DNA of 63,442 nucleotides, the filler included, from Dimorphilus gyrociliatus (taxonomy: Eukaryota > Animalia > Annelida): NCBI GenBank assembly GCA_904063045.1. It is 6 parts of 6 records of this genome, joined end to end, with 100 filler letters (N's around TTAATTAATTAA, not from the genome) between each part and the next. Parts side by side here need not be neighbours in the genome. Positions count along the whole stretch, not along the records: positions 11,424 to 26,853 come from CAJFCJ010000099.1; 5 more parts are not named here. One strand, written 5' to 3'. A program made the translations under genes and the position numbers. Under the pieces are notes generated by a model. That model saw only the letters and a list, made by a program, of their open reading frames with translations, was not told the origin of the DNA and searched no databases. This document shows positions 12,201-24,239 of this stretch, in pieces. Every line of letters starts with the position of its first letter. The stretch's first letter is position 1.

Positions 12201-14136
12201 TTATGAAAAAAATCCCAGACACAAGATTATTATAAAGAAGATAGTGAAAAATGTTTTCAGATTCTTTGAAATATACCAATTGATATCATTTTGATTTTCA
12301 GCAGTAACAAGTATGTTTAAAAAAGCATTATTTTTGAATATATCAAAACTCTCATTAATACCATTTATAACATTTCTATTTTCACTGAAATCCAATTCCT
12401 GTAAATTATCAGTTTGTTTTGATGTAGATGGGAGACAAGGTGTTTTCATGGGATTATAAGTTTGTAAATCATACAAACCAATGTTTGCAAACTGTTTTTT
12501 AATATGTTCAAACTCTTCAGGGTTCTTAGAAGTTTGAAAGTTTTTAAAATAAACATTTTCAAAAGCAGTGATAACATCGCTTACAATTGTGGTTGATTCT
12601 TCCTTTTTTTCCCAAGCAGCAGTTAAATGAGCAATTAATGGATTTTTACATAGAGGAAGCAGACCAGGCATTTTATCATTTAAAAAATTATGTAATTGTA
12701 TACTTTTCAAGTTTTCTCTGTCAGTTTTCTTTTGATCTCTATTCATTTTTTCAATGTCAGCAGTTTTATTAAAAATTTTTGAAAGAAACCAGGAATTGAG
12801 TCATAACTAAAGCCTTTTATTTCCAATATAATATCATATATGTTTTTTAATTCTTCCAATTTTGAATTTCTGATCAAAACAACTATTGCTAGTGAAGTAT
12901 GTTTTTCCAGTAAATGCCTTGCCATACATCAATATCCTTTGAGAATTTGTTAATTCATTCAGAAATTCAATCACGTGTGTTAATTGAGTATCTTTTTTTG
13001 AAATAGGCTTATTATAAACAATTTCAATTGGTGTTACAATGTTATAGAATTTATCCAATGTTGTTTCTCCATTATGATGGGGAAATTTTGAAAGTGTTGA
13101 ATATTTTTGTGAATGATTTTCTTGAACAAGTTTTTTAAGACTGTCAAAAGAATTTGAAATGGTTTCTCCTAATGTTGTAAAACTTTCGGTCTCCATTGAA
13201 TACAAAATTGTTATTATATTTTCAGGCGCTGAATATGAAATACTAGAGTCAAACATAATGTTGGGATCATCTTCATTTTTAGGTAAAACATTTTCTGATT
13301 TAAGACGATTTATAAATTCTGAACTGCCTAGTAGAAAACTCTAAAAGAGTTGAAAATGTCTGAAACACTTCTGACAAGGGGAACTTCTATACCATTCAAT
13401 TGATTAAATTGAACATTTGAAGACAATTTATCACTTTGTTTAACAATAGTTGGTTGTTGATATGGTTCTGAGCAATTCATTTTTGTTTTTGAATGATGTT
13501 CTACCTTCAGATTGATATTTTTTGGCAGAGGTTGAACAATATTGTCAAAAGAAAGTTTTTCTTCCAGTTGTTGTTTCTGTTTTTCAAGTTCCAGTTGTAG
13601 TTGTTCATTTTGCTGTTGTAGTAGTTTATTTTTTTGGTATTGCTGTTGCAGTTGTTGTTTCAATTTTCTTGTAATTGGTTCAGCTGTAGTTTTTGTTCAG
13701 CTTGATGTTGTTTTAGAGATATTTGTAGTTGCCTCAATTCTTGTTCTTGTTCTTGTTGAAGTTTTTCCAATGTTTGATATTGTAGCTTTTGCTGTTGCTG
13801 TTGCTGTTGCTGTTTGTAGAATTTTTGTTCATATTCCAATAATTGTTGTTTGGTTAAAGTGTAATCTTCATCAACAAGTGGCAATGCTAAATGTTTTTGA
13901 AATGAATATTGCATTTAATTTTTTGGCAAACTGCCAACAAGATTTTTATCTAGAAAATGCTTTTTTCTACATTGTGGACAAGTTATTTGCCATGGTTCAC
14001 TGTGCAAATTATTCAAACAATTGAAACAAAAAGTATGTTAAAAAGGCAGTATTCTTGGATCATTCTCTATCCATAATTCCAAATTAATAGCTCATTCCAG
14101 CTTTTTGTCACTTGTAAAGTAGCCATTAGCAGCCAT
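12201..14136 (-). pseudogene. RING + Q-rich coiled-coil + NACHT + LRR (NLR-like) pseudogene
   Basis: ATG 14136 is in frame with ORF 13914: MAANGYFTSDKKLE*AINLELWIENDPRILPF*HTFCFNCL...ITCPQCRKKH...SLPKN* (decayed C3HC4 RING). It is followed by a polyQ coil, Walker A GKAFTGKT, IVVLIR...EIKGFS, LCKNPLI and LQELDFSENRNV. Confidence 0.7.
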
Positions 14137-14284
14137 TCTTTAAGTTGCTGACGTTCTATAGAAAATCTAAAACCATAAGATATAACCATATATTATGTTG
14201 TAAATGGTTATGTTTATAAAGGTCAAGTTTATAAAGAGTGTTTATCATGATTTAGGTCTAATTTCTAAATTGTACACTTTTTTG

Positions 14285-14480
14285 TGACATTTTAAATGCT
14301 TAAACTCTGCTGTTACCTACAATTTATAACTCTTAAAATCTACAAGAGAAAATGCAATGACATTTGGTCAAACAGATATCCTAGTTAGTCATCTTCAAGG
14401 TTAATCTTTCATGACCAGTTAAGGTTTGGCCCTACTAAATGTTGGATCTTCTATCATCCTGTACTAAAAGTAAATTTAGT
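14285..14480. repeat. Second copy of the 480-730 dispersed repeat
   Basis: Direct alignment with contig 1 (see 480-730). Confidence 0.6.
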
Positions 14481-14783
14481 GTACATATACTTTCATCAGC
14501 TATACTCTACAATAGTTAAGTAGAATTGAACCAGTATTGCACTGTGCTAATTGTACTGATGGAGATAAGCAGTTTTGATCTAGTTTCGAGTACAGCAGGG
14601 CATATACAATGCGTGACAACAAATTCTACTAGGGTTAGGTTTGTTTGGGGGTTAGGGTTTTAGCACCGTGGAGAAGCACTCTATATTTTCCCCTGAGTGA
14701 TACTCTTAGATAATTTTTTTATTTCAAAAAACATTAGCTTCAAATTGACATTTGATAAGTTTGTGAAAAGTACATAGTAGTGT

Positions 14784-15647
14784 TCAGAAGTAGAATAATG
14801 TATGAATTGTGTCAATCATAACTGGAACTTGAATTGTTTTACCCAAAGCTTTACTCTCATCTACTATTCTACTCTTTACTGTTAATATGAAATTTTCAAT
14901 ATCTAATTCATTGTTTGATTGTAGAATGTCTAGAAAAGCTTTTAGGAACAGAGATCCTTTTTCATCACTTTGACACTCTTTACCTAAACAGAGAATTGGT
15001 GAGAATTACCAAAATGATGAGAATATTCAACAATAAAAACATACCAGCTCTCGTACTGAACATCACCAAAATGTTCTTCATTGTGCCCATTTGATTAATC
15101 TTTTTTAGAATCTCGTTATCGCCTTGTTCGTGTTCTGCAAGTGTACAGATGATAGAGAGAGAATGAAGGAGAAAAATTTATATCTATTGGAATGCAAACC
15201 TTTCCTGTTGCCGATCGCAAAAATACATTTAAGTGAAGTAAAGTGTTGAGTAGTAAAACTTAGAATATTTTGAAGAAATGTTGAATTAGTAAGCCAATTA
15301 TCAGACATTAAAAATATATAGACTGGTTTGCCAATTAGATATTCCAATTTTTTGATAATTTCCAAAATTCTACTCTGTAAATCTATTTTACTCAACAAAT
15401 CATTTTCAAAAACAACCAAATAGTTGAGTTCTTCAAATTTATCTTTTAAATGAGTAATTCTCTTCTCCCGATTATAATTCATATCCATACCAAAAATCAC
15501 TAAACCATGAAAGGATTTGGTATTTCGATACCTAGAAGATGGACTCAAGAAATGATTTTTTTGTTTGTCATCATTTTTATGTTCCATATTAAAATTATTA
15601 ATGAATTTATGAGAAGTAGAAGAAATGAAGGTTTGACAATCATTCAT
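14784..15647 (-). CDS. Spliced caspase-family protein lacking catalytic His/Cys (pseudo-caspase A); exons 15200-15647, 15045-15134, 14784-14983
   Basis: GT-AG introns of 65 and 61 nt keep the frame. The p20-like part has YIFLMSDN (for LSHG) and KCIFAIGNRK (for QACRG). The p10-like part reads KNILVMFSTRAG...KGSLFLKAFLDIL...DIENFILTVK...IQVPVMIDTIHTLFYF*. Confidence 0.8.
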
Positions 15648-15759
15648 GTTTGATTCTTTGTGTATTTTCACAATGACTGAATCAACCTAGTAACTAAACC
15701 AGGCTAAATATTACACCTGGTGCTGATTTACTAACATTAAAATATATTAGTCAATTACA

Positions 15760-16243
15760 ATGGGCTCTTTGGTAAGTCCGTATTTATTTTATGCAACTGT
15801 AATCTTAAATCTAGTCATTATTTATAAAGGATGATGCTGCCAATGATGCTATCTTAGTTTTTGTTGATAATTCAACATATGACAAACTTTTGGATCTCCG
15901 TAATCAACAAGAAAGAATAGCACAGTTTAGCAGGAAATTTGCTGACAGAGGTTTCAGAATTTACACCCTAAATAATCTGGATTCTTTAACTATTCAAACC
16001 AGAATTGAAGAGATAGATACAAGCAGAGTCAAAAGATTAGTCATCTATATGCGATGTTACACAGTTTGTAATGAACTTTGTCTGTCTAACTTTGACCCAA
16101 ATGCTGGAAGGAATCAACCAGGTCAAATCGCACTTGATCGTATATTAAGCTTTTTCCCCAATCTATCTCTGAACACTTCAATTTTATGTATTTTGGAAGT
16201 TTATACAACAAGTTTGTATAATTTCTTACATATCTCTTTTCCA

Positions 16244-16279
<36 letters not shown>

Positions 16280-16695
16280 GTTTCAGTTTATCTACAATGA
16301 TAGGACATGTAATATTCTGATTTGCAGTTTTGCAAGGTCAACCACTTGTGGATATTCGTAATCCAATTGTTGTTAATCCCTTTCATAATGTCCATTTAAA
16401 TGGAGATGGAAATTATTCAGACCCAACAAGGGAAAATCTCTTTTGGATTAAATGCCTTATTTCTGGTAAGTGTTGCTTTGTTTGTTTATTATAAGTGAAA
16501 GTTAAAAAAAAAAAAACAGGAGGGCAAGTTGATGAACCAATCCTTGAAGCTTTTGCAACCAACCAACATTTTCCAATGAACCAGTACTTGGATATTGATC
16601 TAAGGAATTTAAAGACTGAAATTTATAGAAGAAATAGTTCAGCTTGTATTATAATCTGTGATAAACTTGACGGAAATTTCCCCATTCATATCTAA
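15760..16695 (+). CDS. Spliced caspase/paracaspase-fold protein lacking catalytic residues (pseudo-caspase B); exons 15760-15771, 15830-16211, 16328-16465, 16520-16695
   Basis: GT-AG introns of 58, 116 and 54 nt keep the frame. AILVFVDNSTY...RKFADRGFRIYTLNNL...RLVIYMRCY (for FYYAGHG)...IALDRIL...ILCILEVY (for ILDACR), plus a p10-like tail. Intron 2 contains a (TC)n tract. Confidence 0.65.
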
Positions 16696-17449
16696 TCTAC
16701 TAATCCTTTAATCTTGTTTGTTTTTTTTTATCAACTTATACAAGTCATTTCTCTTTCAAATAAAACACTCATATCTTGTTTTAATTATAGCTAAACAGAA
16801 CGTTATATACTAACGTTCCGTTCACATTAGATGATATGAGTGAATGTGTGTTAGTGTGTGAGCGTCAGTGTCTGATAACGACGTGGCATGAACGTGGCAT
16901 GAATGTGGCAATACAGATGAGCACAGTCAAACACCCAATTAAGTGACACTAACAAAGTATAAAAGGGAGTGAATGTAATAGAACGGTGTGAGAGACCAAA
17001 AGAATATCAAATAAAATTTATACGAAATCCTTAGGAATTTCGTGCTATAAGCGAAAAACAAAATCTTATAAAATAGCTATTAGAATTTTGATTAAGAAAA
17101 TTGGATTTCGAGAAAAGACAAAGAATGGAATGCTGGTTATAACAAGGTTATAAAAAAAAAAACAAACAAGTCTGGTCCTTGTTCCATGCTGTTATATTAA
17201 ATAATATCATTTAGGTGTATCTATATAGGCTAAATATGAGAAAGGGTTAGAAGAAATTAATTTTTTTCAGTCTGTGCCGTATGGTACACACAACTATCAA
17301 ACTATCACTTAAAGTAGGAAGGTAGAATGCTTTAGTGAATACCAAACCCCTATGATTTTTTGCTATAGATCTCTCATGAGATATAAAAATTTGCCATTTA
17401 ATGTTAGGTTTACTATTCAACGAGTTCCACTCATAAATTCAGCACCAAA

Positions 17450-17910
17450 ATTAATATAATACCATCCAGTTGATGATATTCTTGAACTTACACCTCCATC
17501 AATTAAACTGACACCAGTCAGTGAAACAATCAGGGGAACTGGAATTAGTTGTTATGCCATAAAGAAATCAGACCCTGAACCAATGAAGAAAACATTGTTT
17601 CTTTCAAGCATAAAATCTGACCAAGATATTTCAAACCTACCTTCACCGCTTACAGCTACTGTTTGATAAACGAACTCAGTGAAAGATTGAGGAGAGGGGA
17701 GGAGACAGAGCCCTTAGTGAATAGATCCCTTCCAATCAATGGTAGTATTGTTGGCAATCATTCTTATTAGGAAATGTTCCATTCTGACCTCTAACAAGGC
17801 TGATTAGATGTGTTGATCTCATCCTTTGAGCATTCAACAGCATCATCTGATGAAAATCAAAGATAAAGTTCCTACAGGTCAATCAACCTGTTGTGGTTCA
17901 ACACATACAG
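17450..17910 (-). pseudogene. Decayed extracellular-protein exons with chitin-binding type-2 (CBM14)-like and CUB-like pieces
   Basis: GQNGTFPNKNDCQQYYH*LEG and VCVEPQQVD* (Cys codons turned to stops); FEISWSDFMLE...SLIDGG. Confidence 0.3.
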
Positions 17911-18410
17911 AATATTTGTAAAATCTGAGTATTTTCCAGTATGGCCAAAATATTCCTTATAACAATCATTAAAACTTGTATGAAAATTACAATTTATGGT
18001 TTTAGTTAAAAAGTTGGTATTACAATACTTTTAAAACTTATTTTCCCACTGTTCAGTGTATTATGTTAGCAAATAAGCCTAACAAACCAATCAGTTAATG
18101 ATTCTAATTTAAAGAGATAATGTTAATAAAATAAAGGCGCCTTAATAAATCCTAATTTATTGATATCTGAAAGAAGGATAGATTTGAATTTGGCCTAAAA
18201 TAGAAAAAGTAGAGACCTCTGGAAAGGAACCTATTCACTTCAAAAGATGGAAATGAATAAGTCTTGTAAGATGTTTGATTGGTTAACATTAATTTACAAT
18301 TTCTAGCTTTTGCCAAACTATTAGTCCATTTGCAATTTGTTAATAAAGGTTTATAAGTATTGATTTAAAGGAAAAATTAATTAATTAGTTCTTAAATTCA
18401 AAAAAAAAAT

Positions 18411-18550
18411 ATGGTAGAAGGATTATATAACATTTGTAAAGGACTTGAACATTCAATAAACACTTTGAGGAGTCTTGGTTTTGTCTGACTGTTGTTTCTT
18501 TGAAAATACAAAGGAAAAATTTGGATAGCTTAGTTAAAATGTGTTCTAAA
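18411..18550 (+). pseudogene. Single decayed RNI-like LRR unit
   Basis: MVEGLYNICKGLEHSINTLRSLGF matches the contig 1 LRR consensus. Confidence 0.45.
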
Positions 18551-19683
18551 AAAATAAAACAGTATTTTTTATGGGGAGGGATATGTCATAGTTTGATCTG
18601 TTGACATTTAAAAGGAACCTCAAGAATTATCAAAAATTTGATATTTTATTATTTTTATGATAATTTCATTTTAATAATGAAGACAGGATAACATTGAAAA
18701 ATTCATTAATTCTTTTGAACTGGAAATGTATGTTTTTTTTTACCAGTTTTTATTTAAATTGCTTTATACAAAATATAGTATTCTTGGAGATTTTTAGAGT
18801 GCAATTTTCATGTGTTAATTAAGACACTCTATTTTCTATGATGAATTGTAAGATATAGAATAAATTTTTTTGTAAAGAAGTAAACATTTGTTTTGTTTAT
18901 TTCACTTGAAAAATTCTTTGATTCCTTTTTTTTTTAGCTATAAAAGTCTGAATATGTTAAAAAAGAGCACAACAAAATTTCCTTAAAAATTTAATCATTT
19001 TTGCCAAATATAAACAATTCTATAATATAAATTATTAATTAAAAATCTTTCTGCAGAAAAAAGTATTTTAAATATAAATGGGCCTACTTAAAGCACTAAA
19101 ACTACAGACAATGTTTAAATGATCGATTAGGCTTGTTGGTAGTTACTGTATGAATAATGCAATTAAAAACCTGGGTAATTGACATTGCTCAGCTATTAAC
19201 AGCTGCAGCCTGACCACCTTCAGCAGAAATATTATTGTTTCAGTTCTCCTTATTCATATTAAATAGTAATTGAAACCTTATTAATATTTTTAAACACATC
19301 TATTACAAATAGAATATACAATATGAAGTTGGTTGTAACATTAGTCATCAGACTCTTGAACCCTTGAAAATCAATACAAATGGAAAAATCGAAATATCAT
19401 AACTTTCATCCTGGTTAGAAAGTTAATAATTAAAAGATCTTTTATAAATTTTTCAATTACATTAATATAGTAATTAAATTCGAATTTACATAAAGAGAAA
19501 GAATATTCTAATATGTGAAATATGTATTGGAATTTTGTAGTTGAAAATAATTCAAGATTATTCTGATGTCCAGAAAACATAACATTTTAAAATGTGCAAA
19601 AGACTGCTGCTCATTCTGTCACAAAAAAAAACCAAATAAAAGATTGGAGATTAAAGAATTCATCTTCACAAAAAAATGTTACA

Positions 19684-21036
19684 TTAATATTTGAAAAAGA
19701 TAAAAATTTCTTTGTGCAACATATCCATATTTGATGAATAAACAATTGAGAATGATTGACAATTGTTAATATCACAATTGCACTGATATGTACAAGTATC
19801 AAGCATATCTCTCTCAGTAAAATATCCATCAACTGCATGTAAAAGTTTACAATCATTGATAAACTCTCTAAAATCCACTTTGAAAGAAGAGATTAGGTCA
19901 AAAACTCCCATCTTACAAGCATTTTCAATGTTTACTCCTTGGATTGTTAGCTGAAATGATGAAATTTGAAAATTTGAAATATCTGTTGTAGCTTTTTTAT
20001 GTTTGTTACAATCTTGAGTGAGTACATTAGTTTTGTATAAATAGTTAGTTTCATTGTAAAATATCGTATTTATTGTAAAATTGCCATCTAAGTAAAAACC
20101 AAAAACATCAACTTCGCATATAATCAGTGCCTGACTGTTGGTATTAAAAATTTTAGTTGTTGATAAATAACGACCAACTGTTGATTTTGGACATCTAATT
20201 GTTGTATAGAGTGGTAACGGTCCATCATAAAGACCACACTTTAATGATGTTTGCGGTGTAGGAGTCTCGTCATTAGTGGAAACAGCTACACGAAGATTTT
20301 TTAATCTGTCGCTGATAATTTCTCCTCTTCCAATTATTGTTACTGCATAGACAACACTCATTTTCTCTAAATCAACCTTCCACCATGGTTCAATCTCATC
20401 TTCTGAATGAATACAATAGAGACCATTTTGTTCAAACAATGAACAAACTTCATCATCAACAGCGTTTGAAGCTTTTGCATGAGAGTTATACTGACTACTC
20501 ACTGATGCTATCTTATCCTTAGCAATATTATTCAAATTCCACATTTCAACCTGACATAAAGTTAGTTTACCATATTCATTTCTATAAATTATAATTGAAC
20601 TGGCATAATGAGGTTTTTCAGTATAGTGCATTGTTACAGTTCTAGAATGTAACACACCACCAGAAATTGTTGAAAATTGTTGATATTTACTAAAATCTGT
20701 TACAGAGATATCTTTTGTTAGTTGAGTACCAATAATTATATTTTGCAAAGCCTCAGGATGAGTTGCTCTATTTAAAATCCGTATTGTTTTTATAATATAG
20801 GATTTGTCGAGTAGAATTAAATACCATGGTTTATTTTCTATGAGAGAATGACTACATCTTCCAAAATTTTGGTATACAGGATTAAATTCTCCATTAACAG
20901 CCAAATGGACTAAACTAGTTTCGTATAAACTAGATATGTTTGTTGATTGTTTATATGCCAAATTTACATGCATAAATTGAGTTGAATGTAATCCAATTGG
21001 AAAATAGAAAAAAATCCAAATTATATCTTTCAACAT
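19684..21036 (-). CDS. Secreted protein with two F-type lectin (fucolectin / F5-8 type C-like) domains
   Basis: Signal-like MLKDIIWIFFYFPIGLHS. Domain motifs NLA.K...SS.Y, ASNAVD, C.HS...PWW.VDL, GRGEIISDRL and L.ICEV.VF; Cys-rich C-terminal region. Confidence 0.8.
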   Translation of the reverse strand: MLKDIIWIFFYFPIGLHSTQFMHVNLAYKQSTNISSLYETSLVHLAVNGEFNPVYQNFGRCSHSLIENKPWYLILLDKSYIIKTIRILNRATHPEALQNIIIGTQLTKDISVTDFSKYQQFSTISGGVLHSRTVTMHYTEKPHYASSIIIYRNEYGKLTLCQVEMWNLNNIAKDKIASVSSQYNSHAKASNAVDDEVCSLFEQNGLYCIHSEDEIEPWWKVDLEKMSVVYAVTIIGRGEIISDRLKNLRVAVSTNDETPTPQTSLKCGLYDGPLPLYTTIRCPKSTVGRYLSTTKIFNTNSQALIICEVDVFGFYLDGNFTINTIFYNETNYLYKTNVLTQDCNKHKKATTDISNFQISSFQLTIQGVNIENACKMGVFDLISSFKVDFREFINDCKLLHAVDGYFTERDMLDTCTYQCNCDINNCQSFSIVYSSNMDMLHKEIFIFFKY

Positions 21037-21904
21037 TGTTTTTTCAATTGTTTGTGACAATCTGAAAACAACGACTTACAATTTTCAATTAAGCATTAAA
21101 TATTTAAAGAAAACTCTCTATTGAAAAAGTTTATTCATTCATTATTAAAATCTATAGACATTTTATTGTTTATCAACAATAAATGTGCTTATAAAAGGAA
21201 AAAAATCTCATATCTTTTTCAAATGCTCTATTTTAAATAGATCCTTAAATTTTTTAACATATTGAACTGGAATAAGTACAAAATATTAAATATGGAAATA
21301 ATGATACCAAGCAGTAGTTGTGAAAAAAGCATTTCAAAATGGCGACCGAACAAATGAATAAGAATATAAGATTTTTTTTATGTGAGAAATGTTGAACAAA
21401 ACATTTTCTCTCTCTGGGAGCAAGTTATAATTCAAGTAGACCTTAATAAAATTTCAGCCATTTTGAATATATACCAATTGACTGTTTAAAATATAAACTC
21501 AAAGTGAAACAAAATCTCAAAAATTTCCGAATAGTTTAAGTCCCACTGATGTAGTCCTATAATTAACACTAAATTCATTATATTCAATTTTGAGATTTTT
21601 TTTAATACGCATGCGCATTAAATGAGCATGTTTTAGTTTTTCGTTTTCCATTGACTTCTGATAAAGTTCTCTGAAAAATCTAGAAAAAGGAAAAGAATTT
21701 GCAACTGAAAATTTCTACAATTACAACACGTCTAGACACATCTGTTTCAAGTGATTGTGCAATATTTTGTGTTTAGTTCATAATATGGTTGTTAGCCAAT
21801 AAAAAACTTTGTAGGCTTAATTTTTAAAATAGATTACGCAACAAAACTATATAAGAAAGAGATATAATTCTTACATTTATAAGATGATTGAAAAGAATTG
21901 AAAT

Positions 21905-24232
21905 ATGGATATTTCTGATCCAGTACTAGAAAAGGATTGTTCACTCTATCGCTATTCAAAAAATTATAAAGGAATCCGTACCGGAAATACAATTAGTATT
22001 AAATTTCTTAAAAGACATTTTAGAGCATTTAAGGTAAAAATTTACAAAAATATTGAATTTGATTCAATTCTTGGTGAGAAACAAGCAAGAAATGTCTACA
22101 AAAATCAGATATTTGAAATAGATTATGGAAATTTGGAAGGAAAATTTTGTATATCCAACTCAGATTGGCAAATACCATTTAGAGGATATTCAACAAATAA
22201 GAAATATAGATGGAGATTACAACAGCAAATTATAGAAGCCAACAGAGCTAAATGGTTAAATGATGAAAGCTATACTGTATCATTCATTGACAACATTATT
22301 GATGATCATCATATTGATGAGTCAACAGCAATTAGAGAAAAAGTTGCGTTATATTGCAATTGAAATGGCTTTGTTAAAAAGTCAAGGCAAACTTCAAGAT
22401 TGAAGGATTTAAGTGTTGATAAGAATATTGAAATAGAAAGTAATAGTAGTAGGCCTATTTCAGTTCAATATATATATTCTAAAGAAACTCCTTGCAAATC
22501 CAGTCTACAAATTCAAAAGAAATTTTCGGAAAATAAATCTACAAAATCATTAACAATGAAAGGGAAATCACACAAAAGTGTTGTGAAAAGTGAGCATTGG
22601 TATGAGGATACAACATTACCAATTGAATTTAATGATAAAGATGAAGAACCTATTGAACACAGTAATTCTATAACACTAAATGACTTTTTAAAAGTGAACC
22701 CAAAGAAAAAATGTGTTAAAGGAAGGAGAGGAAAATTATGGAAAGATTTTTCATTAACTAAATTAGATAAACAGGATGAGGAAGAGATCATTGATTTGGA
22801 GAAAGAGTCTAAAACATATTTTCAACCTTCCAAATGTGATTCCAATGAAAATCAGGATATAAATTTTCAATTTTCAATTCCACCATCTTCATCCGGGAAT
22901 CTATCATCTCTTTTATTGGATTGTTTAGAAGAGAATATTGATATTATAGCTTCAAAATCAAATCCTGTTTGGTATTTGCTTGATTTTTCACACATTCTAT
23001 TTGAAAAGAGTAAAGAATCAGGAATTGAGAGAAATCTACCAAAACATCTAAGATTTCTATTTTTAACAACTTTTGAAAATGAAACCAATGGCAATATTTC
23101 AATGAAAATGAAACTATTCACAAACTGTCATGTAAATGATGGTTTGTCAAGGTTTGAAAAGTTTACAAACAATATAAAAGAAGCTTTGATTGTAGTTGTA
23201 AATTATATTTTTCAATGGTTGAAAACTGGTAAAACATTTGAAAATAAAAAATTAAGAAACATATCAAAGAATTCTAGGGAAAGAGAAAGAGAATTGTTGG
23301 CAAACTGTTACGAAGATATTATGAATTTTCAAAAATCTCACTATGTTGATGACATTCATTTATTATATTTAAGAAAATTATGGAAAGAAGAGAGGAAAGA
23401 AATGATAGAACCAGAAAATGCACTAATCAAAGTTTACAATTGGCAAATTGACTGTTCAATTTGTTTTGAACAATTTGACATTTCAAAGGGATTTTCATTA
23501 ACATGTTCTCATTGGTTCTGTTGTGACTGTTGGAAAAAATATTTATCAGCGTTTAATCATCATTTTACAAATTGTCCAACGGAAGGATGCAACATTAGAG
23601 TTTCCTTGACTATATATCTAGTTTGTCTGGATTTTAAAATGTTCATTAACTCGGAAAGTAGATTAATGGAACAAAAAATGCAAAATGATTCTTGGATGTA
23701 TTGTCGTAATTTGAAATGTAAAAGAGTTTTATCTGTAAGAAAAGGATACGAATCTATGATACTATGCCAATGTTCTGATAGCTGGTGCCACAACTGCAAT
23801 AAACAATCCCACTGGCCTTCAACTTGTGAACAATACCAATATTACTCTAGTATGAAGTCATCAATTGAAGAAATTAGGGCTGGTGACAAACTTGTTGAAA
23901 ATGAGTTTGCCATTGGCATAAAAGTAAAAAATTGTCCAAATTGTAGAATTAAAATTGAAAAAATTGATGGTTGCAATCAAATATCTTGTTTTTGCTGTCA
24001 AATATTTTGTTGGCAGTGTTCCAACGAATGGTCGAGAAAATGTAGAAGACAAAAAAAAGTGGAAACTGTTTTACTATTCAGCAATAATTGTTCAAGTGAT
24101 ATAAACTATGATAACCTGAAACAGATTGATGATCTGACAGAAAAGTCTCAAGTTTCCAGTATAACAAAAAATGTATCATACATTTCTAAGATGTGGGTAA
24201 GACAGCAAAAAAGGCCTAGCACAAGTTTATGA
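21905..24232 (+). pseudogene. Intronless Ariadne-like RBR (RING1-IBR-RING2) E3 ligase with one in-frame TGA at 22361-22363
   Basis: ORFs 21905 and 22400 share a frame. CSICFE...CSHWFCCDCW...CPTEGC; CRNLKC...CQCSDSWCHNCNKQSHWPSTC; CPNCRIKIEKIDGCNQISCFCCQIFCWQC. Confidence 0.75.
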
Positions 24233-24239
24233 CACCACA

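Noticed and set aside
13542-14024. Cys/Ser-rich plus-strand ORF resembling a metallothionein or keratin-associated protein
   Set aside because: It is the antisense shadow of the CAA/CAG-rich coil and RING on the minus strand.
14630-14660. Telomere-like TAGGGTTAGG...GGGTTAGGG
   Set aside because: Only two or three imperfect units; not an array or a chromosome end.
16881-16910. 11-bp tandem acgtggcatga x ~3 as a regulatory array
   Set aside because: Short, single occurrence and no supporting context.
21333-21467. 11-bp inverted pair TTCAAAATGGC...GCCATTTTGAA between divergent genes (MITE or YY1-like sites); a similar motif occurs at ~46915
   Set aside because: Too short, no TSD, and a common motif; no function can be supported.
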